From Octopus vulgaris (Eukaryota), in assembly GCA_951406725.2 (NCBI GenBank), contig OX597823.1, positions 52,204,001-52,268,000 of the forward strand: DNA of 64,000 nucleotides, written 5' to 3'. Shown piece by piece: positions 55,063-64,000 of this stretch. Positions within the stretch are counted from its first letter, which is position 1. Each line of letters opens with the position of its first letter. A program made the translations under genes and the position numbers. The notes beneath the pieces were generated by a model. That model was not told where the DNA came from and made no database searches. It saw nothing but the letters and a program-made list of their open reading frames with translations.

Positions 55063-55417
55063 GTTCAGGTCACTGCTTGAAATCGAACTCGGAATCTTGA
55101 GGTTAGTAGCCCATGCTCTTAACCATTATGCCATATGGCGTAATGGTTAAGAGCACAGGCTACTAACCTCAAGATTCTGAGTTCAATTCCAAGCAGTGAC
55201 AATTATAATAATAATAATAATAATAATGATAATAATAATAATAATAATAACAACAACATCGAAGAATACCTTAGGAATGAGAACCCAGGTTCAAAATTTC
55301 CCCAAGACACCTGAAGAAGGCTGGAGGGTATATCAGCTGAAACATTGTGTTAACAACAAACAATATTAGGACAAATATCTGTCGAGTGTAGATAATGTAA
55401 ATAGTGTAAATGATGTA
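54964..55417 (+). mobile_element. tRNA-headed hammerhead element, copy 2, with head-to-head inverted duplication
   Basis: Palindrome centred on CCAT|ATGG (55134/55135), arms about 54964-55134 and 55135-55315; right arm continues through GACAC-CTGAAGA-AGGCTG..CAGCT-GAAAC-ATT-GTGTT (55306-55351) and a short AAATAATGT-like repeat tail. Confidence 0.9.
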
Positions 55418-56613
55418 TAAAATATACTCTCCTTCATTTTCTACAATGCTCTTCCATCTATCTGGTAGACCTGCAAGGCCCTCTTCCAAAATTCACTTGT
55501 CTGTGATGAAAAATACTCTTCCAGTATTGTTCTGACCTCATCTACAGAATTCATATTTTTTCAGTCTAAAAGACTTTGAAGACTGTGGAATAAATGGTAA
55601 TCAAATGGGGCAATGTCCACCGAATATGGTTGATGGGGCATCGTTTCCCATTCTGACTGCTCCAGCCTTTGGAATGTCGTTGTCACTGTATGTGGCCAAG
55701 CATTATCCTGATGGAAGAACACCTTTTGTTGTGAAACCAAAGATGGTCATTTTTCTTCTAGCGCTGACTTAAGCTGCTTACCGTAAATCTCCTCTGTTAT
55801 CATTTAATTGGGGTTTAAAAGTTCAAAGTGGACTAAATCTTTCATATACCACCAAACAGATGACAACACCCTACATGGGTGAAGACTTTCTTTAGCCTGG
55901 GTTGCCAATGTTTCTCCTTTCCCTACCCACTGTCTTTGGCACTTGATGTTTTTATAGAGAAACCATTTCTCATCACCAGTTACTTTTCAGTACAAAAAAA
56001 GGTTTATTTGTGAGACATGGCAGAAAAGCAGAGCACACATTCACTCTCTGTACGTGATTAAACTCAGAAAGTTTGTGAAGAACCAATTGACCTAATTTGC
56101 TGACTTTTCCAATGGCACGGAGGTGTCGATGAATAGTTGAATGACCAAATCCAAGCTTTCCTGCTAGTTCCTGAACTATTACAATGGGATTTTGTTTCAC
56201 CAGGGTTTGCAGGACATACTCATTGAACTCTACAGATCTTCCAGAATGAGGCTCGTCTTCTAGGCCGTAGTTTCCGGCTCTGAATTTCTGGAACCACTGT
56301 TGACACTGGCTTACACTTATTGTCCAATCCCCATATACTGCATTAATATTCCTCACACTTTCTGTTGCATTGTTGTCTTTATTGAACGCATACAGCAAAA
56401 TATGCCTAATATTCTCTTTTGTCACTTCCATTATAGGTTAAAAAAAGGAACTGTTAAAATCGCATTGCAATCATCTAAACTTGCACTAAGAATAAGGACA
56501 GAGTAAAATTACTACCTGCTTGTATTGCAAGTTAATGCAGGTGGCTTATCACATCCCCCTCCGACTATTTGTTCATGCAATTGAAAAAACCGCATTATTT
56601 ATGGGAAGATCCA

Positions 56614-56615
<2 letters not shown>
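55418..56615 (-). mobile_element. Decayed mariner (DD34D) transposon, near-complete transposase pseudogene
   Basis: ORF 55973-56431 has the mariner HTH region (WFQKFRAGNYGLEDEPHSGR; LVLHKL from WVPHEL); downstream HQDNAWPH, PHQPYSVDIAPFDYHLF and LPDRWKSIVENEGEY; 5' TIR near 56590-56615; 3' TIR absent. Confidence 0.92.
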
Positions 56616-56656
<41 letters not shown>

Positions 56657-57150
56657 ATATATATATATATAGATATATGAATTGATATAGATCAAGATAG
56701 ATACATATGCACGCACATCTAATCTACTTCTCTGTCTCTCCCTCAGTCTAGCACAACACACCTATATATATGTATATGTGTATATATACATACACACATG
56801 CATGCACAGACACACACACACACACACTCTGACATGACATTAAAATATATTTGTCAGTTCTTGCAAACCATTCATACATACATCTATAAACTTATTTCCT
56901 AGTCTATCTATATATTCAAGAATCTATGCATCTATCTCTGAAAACATACACCCGCTTTTACATCCTTCTTTGTATATATGGCTGAAGCTGCTTTGCAATT
57001 TTATGTCTGTGTGTTCAGCTTTGTTAAGCTTTTGCACAGCAACTGAAATCAGATTTTCTTAATATTTATCTTGTACCAGCAATAACCTATACATGTTCAT
57101 GGTCAATTACATACAAATATGCATTGATATCTACACACACACATACATAA

Positions 57151-57382
57151 TCTTTTACTCTTTTACTTGTTTCAATCATTTGACTGCAGCCATGCTGGAG
57201 CACCGCCTTTTAGTCAAGCAAATCGACCCCAGGACTTATTCTTTGTAAGCCTAGTACTTATTCTATCGATCTCTTTTGCTGTACTGCTAAGTTACAGGGA
57301 CGTAAACACACCAGCATCAGTTGTCAAGCTATTTTGGGGGGACAAACACAGACACACGAACATATACACACACATACATACA

Positions 57383-57423
<41 letters not shown>

Positions 57424-57705
57424 GACGGGTTTCTTTCAGTTTCCATCTACCAAATCCACTCACAAGGCTTTGGTCAGCCTGAGGCTATAGTAGAAGACAC
57501 TTGGCCAAGATGCCATGCAGTGGGACTGAACCCAGAACCATATGGTTGGTAAGCCAGCTACTTACCACACAGCAATTTCTCACCTATACCACAAGGCTTT
57601 GGTCTGCCCAAGGCTATAGTAGAAGACACTTACTCCAAGGTGCCATACAGTGTAACTGAATCATGTACCCTATGTTTGGGAAGCAAACTTCTTAACACAT
57701 AGCAA
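57151..57705 (-). mobile_element. SINE family B (57151-57571) plus adjacent second 5' half (57589-57705)
   Basis: Reverse complement of family B; CACAAGGCTTTGGTC..GGCTATAGTAGAAGACACTT occurs twice. Confidence 0.9.
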
Positions 57706-58800
57706 CATCTGAGCCTTGTAGCAACAATCTTTAAATATTTTTATGTAATTCTTTATTCTTGTTCAAGCAATTCAGCCTTTTCAATATTAGGATTTGGGGT
57801 TTGCTTTACTAGCTTTACATTTATTGGTCCTATTCCAAATTCTCCACTAGTCCATTGTTCTCTATGATCCTTTACATTTCCCAAACTGTTTTCTGTCTTT
57901 AAGGATTACCATTTCTCTTAAGTATCAGCATACTAATTAATTGTTACCATCTTGTGTGCACACTACTGTTTTAAATTTGGCCACAAGCTATTATGATCAA
58001 AAGGGTTTAGCTAATTTCAATATGATACCTGCTTGAATTTAAGTTGAATTTCACTAGCAAACAGATAATGGTCGGATCTGCTATTTGTAGTTCTGTGAAT
58101 GTGTACAACTCTCAAACAGAATCACCATTTTTCTCTAACACAGAGATAAAATCAATTGCATCTTATCTGATATCATCCAGTGATCTCCATGTTCTCTCAT
58201 GGATGTCTTGATGTTTGGATAACGTATTTCCTATTAATAAACTAGTGATTATGTTGGATGAAGTAAAATCTAATGCCAATGCCATTTGTCTCATCTGATG
58301 ATCCAAAGTGTTCAATACTCATTTCCCCATCTCTGTAATCATTACTGGTTTTAAGCATTGAAGTTCCCTATGTGAATCTTGATGTCATATCACTGTGTTC
58401 TCTCTATTATGTTTTGTATTTAATTGTAGCTGTTATCTTTTATCTTCTTGGATCTCAGTTCTGTTGGGACTAGACTACAGTAAAGCTTTTGATTACTTGA
58501 TTTAGAAACAATCTGTTAATCCCCAAATGGATTAGTTTCTATTTTATCAATTAAGTGGCATCAAATACCTTTTAAAAAAATAATTAATCTCTAAGTGTGA
58601 TTACATTTACCTCAAACACTTTGGTACCATTTGCTACCTGCCTATTTTGAGCCATTTCATTTCATTAATGAATTCTTCAGCAGCCTTAATTAAATCTATT
58701 ATTATTTGCAATTAAATATTAAGCTAAAACAGTAGCATATTTTGGAGCTGGATGTTTTCTTCAGTTTTCTTCACCTCCCATTGACATGTACACAGATTTG

Positions 58801-59025
58801 GTCCTTTAGCATTTAGATTAATCTGACAAATGTAATGCTTACTTATTCACATGGTTTTGGATTAACTGAGAATTATCTTGTAGCTTTGAGATTTCAATGA
58901 TGCTATTGTTTTGTTTTACAATGACATCGTGGAACAGGTGTGAGAGGCTAGATCCATTTGGCTTGAACATAAAATCAGTAGAATATTTTGGCTGAAGATA
59001 GCAAGTTTAAATGTTATAAGGTTAA
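58801..59025 (+). mobile_element. piggyBac-type MITE, diverged
   Basis: CCTTTAGCATTTAGATT..GGTGTGAGAGGC..TTTAAATGTTATAAGGTTAA. Confidence 0.75.
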
Positions 59026-59706
59026 ACTGTAGGACATTTTAAAATCAGCTTCAAACCTCACCAGATTTTTGCATTTCTTGTTTTCAAGGTATTTACCTTA
59101 AAACAGGAAAACACACAATCCGTTTCTTATGAAAAGTTACAATTCTCACTCTAGCAGCTTCTACTTGATTATTTTTATTATTATATCTCAAACACACTGA
59201 AATCTTTCACAAATTCTCTCCCCATTTTATTCAACAGTTCTCATCTCACAATTATACAAAACTACCATGGGTGTTGCTTGCTGATAGCGAATAAAAATGC
59301 CTGTCTGTCTAGGGCTGCATGTACAAGTAACTAACAATACTTGTGAACAGTTAACAGGAGATTTAATTACTGTATATAGTTTTTTCTGTGTTGGTCATTT
59401 AACAAAATCTAACATCAACAATCACACACCAGGTGAGACATACTGTTGGGACCTATAACAATTAACTAGTATAGCTATCCATGGTGGATCCATCACAACT
59501 GGAAACAAATGATCATGTGAAGCTACTGTGCTTTGTCCTTGATCTCTACTTGACTATCTAGTGATTCAGCTTGAAATCCACTACATAGCCATACCTAATG
59601 AGAACAGCCACTCTATTAATTGTATCTACATATTTACATGTTGGCTGTTACATCTATAACTCTATATCTTTAAAATAATAATAGCAATGAAATTATTGTA
59701 TACATA

Positions 59707-60047
59707 GGCGCAGGAGTGGCATCTTGGGCAAGTGTCTTCTGCTATAGCTCCAGGCTGACCAAAGCCTTGTGAGTGGATTTGGTAGACAGAAACTGAAAGA
59801 AGCCTGTCGTATATATGTATATATATATATGTATGTATGTGTGTGTATGTGTTTGTGTCTGTGTTTGTCCCCCTAGCATTGCTTGACAACCGATGCTAGT
59901 GTGTTTACGTCACTTAGCAGTTTGGCAAAAAAGACCGATAGAATAAGTACTGGGCTTACAAAGAATAAGTCCCGGGGTCGATTTGCTCGACAAAAGGCGG
60001 TGCTCCAGCATGGCCGCAGTCAAATGACTGAAACAAGTAAAAGAGAG
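59707..60047 (+). mobile_element. SINE family B with internal deletion of the tRNA head
   Basis: GGCGCAGGAGTGGC joins directly to ATCTTGGGCAAG. Confidence 0.9.
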
Positions 60048-60223
60048 TGCTCAGGTGCACTACAACTTGTTAAAAATGTGTATAAAGTATATGCAGTAAT
60101 GTACAAATGTCTGGAAAGTGAACAGTGTATGAGTCAGATACATGCTTGCGTGTGTATAAGGGGACAAAATCAGGTGTAGTGTTGGCGAATCTCAGGAAGC
60201 ATGGAAGTTTTGAAGGATGCAGT
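60048..60223 (-). mobile_element. Probable LINE (CR1-like) 3' fragment
   Basis: Minus strand ACTGCATCCTTCAAAACTTCC (TASFKTS) followed by a UTR-like tract ending TGTAGTGCACCTGAGCA; assignment by resemblance only. Confidence 0.4.
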
Positions 60224-60528
60224 TGCTGAACACTTAATTTTGTGTTTCATAAACAATATTGTTTGCACTACATGTGAAATACTAAATTTTTACTTACTTC
60301 TGTTATCTCCCATGCTGAACTCCCCTCTTCATTGATGCTGATGATATTTTTTTTGTTTTAAATCTTCAACTACTAATTAATCATTAAGTCATTGCTATGT
60401 TCAACTTCAAGCTAGATGACTGAAGCTTTCTTGTTTAAGTTTCTAAGTTTTTTCCAGATTTTTAATTGTTTCTGCTAGCCTCTAAAACCCAGATGAAAAA
60501 GCTGACAAAGAAAGAAACAAGGCTTCTT

Positions 60529-60760
60529 ATTTCTTTATTGCCCACAAGGGGCTAAGCACAGAGAGGACGAACAAGGACAGACAAATGGATTATGTCGATT
60601 ATATCGACCCCAGTGTGTAACTGGTACTTATTTAATCGACCCTGAAAGGATAAAAGGCAAAGTCGACCTCAGTGGAATTTAAACTCAGAACATAGCAGCA
60701 AACGAAATACCACTAAGCATTTCACCTGGCGTGCTAACGTTTCTGCCAACTTGCCACCTT
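60529..60760 (-). mobile_element. SINE family A with 15-bp target site duplication
   Basis: GAAACAAGGCTTCTT at 60514-60528 and 60761-60775. Confidence 0.92.
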
Positions 60761-61589
60761 GAAACAAGGCTTCTTGAAGACGTATTTAACTAAATTCATT
60801 ATCAACGTTAAGCCTAATTCTAAACAAACACTTTCATGCTGCTAACCATGAGCCAATCAGCAGCTGATAGTTTTTTCATTCTCCAGATAAAAGAATGCTA
60901 AGGTCTGAAGATTAATGGACCCAAAAGTAAAGTGTTAAAACTACCATGAAGAAATAACACTAAATGATATCTGAGAAATTGGCCATTTCAATTATTCTGA
61001 AAGACAAGAATACAATATTATGTAAATCCCTCTGAACAACAGCTGCCCTAATGAATCTCTGGTATGTAAAGAATGCCTGATTTTGAGGTCTACAAAATAA
61101 TCTAGATCATAGGCAGCATTAAACCAAAGGCAACAGAGCATTTAGATGGATGGAAGTAGTAAAGAAGTTCCATTACTTTGCGGCATATTTTGTTGGAGAA
61201 ACGCAGCTTGTGGTAGGATAAGGATTAAGATTTGAGGGAGGTAGTTTATATGTAGGTGGATCGACATGAGGCAAAATATAGAAAGAGGTATGTGACTAAA
61301 GCAATGATGCTAAACGACAGCGAAATATAGGCAGTGGTTATCAAAAATAGAGAATGATAGTAGGGAGTGTGTTGAGCATGATCTGTAAGATGTGCCATGT
61401 TAGCTCAAGAGACTGGTTAAGTGTTTCAATGTTAACTTGAGAAATAGGTTGAGTGGAAGTAATTTGAGTAAGTAGCTGGTCCTGAAATGCATCAGCCAAT
61501 ACACAGAATACAAACAACAATACTTGTGTGGATCTTTAATGTGTATGGTTGGTGAATGTTGCCATCAACTATTGATAAACAATGAAATG

Positions 61590-61700
61590 ATTGAGTGTAA
61601 TTAGATCAGACTTAAGAAGTTTAAGTTTCACAGCTGAGATGATGAAGGATCAAGATGCATGGAAAGAGATATTATTTGCATGTGTTCAAGTCTTGGTAAA
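61590..61700 (+). mobile_element. Old RTE LINE ORF2 C-terminal relic
   Basis: VIRSDLRSLSFTAEMMKDQDAWK matches the V..DL..L.....M..DR..W pattern seen at 32000-32100. Confidence 0.5.
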
Positions 61701-61831
61701 TTGTAAAAACGTGCCTGCTTCAATGAGACAACATGCCAAAATATCTCATGTAAAGAAACGATGTGCATGTATATAAGAATATGTGTATGCATATTTATAT
61801 ATAAATATATATATATATTTATATATATATA

Positions 61832-61881
<50 letters not shown>

Positions 61882-62015
61882 GTGTGTGTGCATATATTTG
61901 TATTAAGGGCATTACTACACATAAATGCCTCATGCTATGAGGTACTCAAAGTCAAAACTACCATAATAAATATGGGATAATGGGAATAATTATAAATTTT
62001 ATATATGAAAAATAA

Positions 62016-62069
<54 letters not shown>

Positions 62070-62070
<1 letters not shown>

Positions 62071-62362
62071 AGCCTTGTGAGTGGATTTAGTAGATGGAAA
62101 CTGAAAGAAGCCTGTCGTATATATGTATATATACATATATATGTGTGTGTGTATATGATTGTGTGTCTGTGTTTGCCCCTGCCCCAACATTGCTTGACAA
62201 CCAATGCTGATGTATTTACGTCCCTGTAACTTAGCAATTCGGCAAAAGAGACCGATAGATAAGTACTAGGCTTACAAACAATAAGTCCTGGGGTTGATTT
62301 GCTCGCCAAAAGGTGGTACTCCAGCATGGCCACAGTGAAATGACTGAAACAAGTAAAAGAGA
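62070..62362 (+). mobile_element. SINE family B, 5'-truncated
   Basis: AAGCCTTGTGAGTGGATTT..TGACTGAAACAAGTAAAAGAG. Confidence 0.88.
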
Positions 62363-62370
62363 ATATATAA

Positions 62371-62413
<43 letters not shown>

Positions 62414-62750
62414 CATCATCATCATCATCATCATCGTTTAGCGTCCGTTTTCCATATAAATAATGATAATAATAATAAGGGTAAAATTAATTAATTAAGT
62501 AATAATTAATAATTCTACCAAGTAGTGATTCGGTATGTAAAAGACCATTATTGGCAAATTTAAACAATATTTATCATAATAAGGGTTAGGCAAAAGAATT
62601 TGCTTCACCACACACCGAACTTTAGAAATAGCAGCTAAAAAAACTAGCTATTTCTTCTATTGTAAGAAACAACTCCCAGACAATATATGCTCAAAAACAT
62701 ATCATGTAGGCAGAGAAAGAAAACAACGAAATTCACCCGGCATTAGATCA

Positions 62751-62835
62751 ACTGTGTACGCGTTTCGAAATTAGATAGATATGAAAAATGCAAGAATTGC
62801 ATTTCCATTCTGATAATTTTTCTCATCAGCACAGT
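62751..62835 (-). ncRNA. Type I hammerhead ribozyme with intact catalytic core
   Basis: Minus strand ACTGTG-CTGATGA-GAAAAATTA..ATGGAAATGCAA-TTC-TTGCATTTTTCAT..TAATTTC-GAAAC-GC-GTA-CACAGT: perfect 6-bp stem I, G-C closing stem II, palindrome ACGCGT, GUA cleavage triplet. Confidence 0.88.
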
Positions 62836-62971
62836 ATTTCCATATATTTTAAATTTGATAGCACTGAAAAAACCTGAACATACCTATCTGATTCCAGTAA
62901 CATCAGACAAATTATATCCATGACCAGTACTGCCGAATTCAAAATATGCGAATGAGGTCAAGACATGTGCA

Positions 62972-63035
<64 letters not shown>

Positions 63036-63859
63036 TGTGTGTGTGTGTATATATATGTATATATATTCTCTATAGCTCAGCAATTTGGCAAGAAGTGACC
63101 AATAAAATAAGAACCAAGGTTGTAAAAGAATAATAAGCACTGGGTTCAATTCATTCCACTAAAAGTTCTTCAAAGCAGTGCCCTAGCATGACCACAGTCT
63201 TATGACTGAAACAGGTAAAAGATAAAAAAGAAACACACACAGATACACACACTTAAATGTAAATATATTGTGTTCTTCCACACACATAGATAGAAGCCAA
63301 GGATAGAGGCCAACAATGAATGATATATATAATTTAACCATCAAATTTCCATAAGTATACACATGAGTAAAATCCAATAGTAATGGTATTTACACTCGTA
63401 GTTAAAAATCTGAAGAACTTATGATTGGTAAAAAACTATACAAGAGACTAATTGGTGCAGAGAGACTTGAAATAATATGAAATATTATAGATGCAGTATA
63501 TATATATATATATAAATGGATGAATGGATTATCCTTTGTTTACCGTTAACATGGAAAATTCAATAAACAGTTAAATAAGTTATTTACTTATATATATATA
63601 TATATAAAACTTAGATAACTTAGATATGTTTCGACCGAAGATTGGTCCAGGCCATGTCTAACTTAATAGCACCACCTGACAGGATTATTCGAATCCTGTT
63701 TAAGTCAAGTTTTGTGTATTGTACAATTAATATTTTGCACAAAAAGAATCTTCATAAATAATCTGATGCTTAAGTATTATATTTAGAATTTTTGACAATC
63801 CCACTTGTTTACAGAAAATTCAAAGCATTTCCAAAATGATATGACAGGCATCGCTGTAT

Positions 63860-64000
63860 AGGCACAAGTATAAGAAGTTTTCTCTCCAACCACATGGTTC
63901 CATGTTCAGTCTCAGTGTGTGGTACCTCGGACAAATGTCTTGTATCATAGCCTTAGACCAACCAAAAGCCTTGTGAGTGGATTTAGTCGAGAGAAACTGA
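63860..64000 (+). mobile_element. SINE family B 5' half, cut by window edge
   Basis: CCAACCACATGGTTCCATGTTCAGTC..AAGCCTTGTGAGTGGATTT. Confidence 0.85.

Noticed and set aside
55135-55200. Functional tRNA gene
   Set aside because: No complete acceptor stem or poly-T terminator; it is the head of a repeated element. The same applies to the other SINE heads.
63617-63668. Minus-strand GACC..GGTC-GAAAC-ATATC hairpin as a hammerhead
   Set aside because: No CUGANGA before the stem; only a plain hairpin can be supported.

Overview
AT-rich, microsatellite-dense eukaryotic non-coding DNA (intergenic or deep intronic). The SINE families and repeat landscape suggest an octopus (coleoid cephalopod) genome; this is inference. 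No host protein-coding gene can be supported. Nearly all ORFs in the track are translations of (TA)n/(CA)n/(TATC)n/(CAT)n runs or of SINEs. Recognisable content: dozens of copies of about five SINE families; decayed Tc1 (DD34E), maT-like and mariner (DD34D) transposons; TA- and TTAA-type MITEs; 3' fragments of RTE, Dong/R4 and probably CR1 LINEs. The main signal is a set of minimal type I hammerhead ribozyme motifs (stem I - CUGANGA - stem II - GAAAC - palindromic stem III - GUH - stem I') in at least five unrelated sequence contexts. One (62751-62835, minus) has an intact core. One family (two copies) fuses a tRNA-like Pol III head and an (AAT)n spacer to the ribozyme and occurs once as a ~350-bp head-to-head palindrome. 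These look like non-autonomous Penelope-like/retrozyme-type elements. Coordinates were read by eye and SINE boundaries are approximate.
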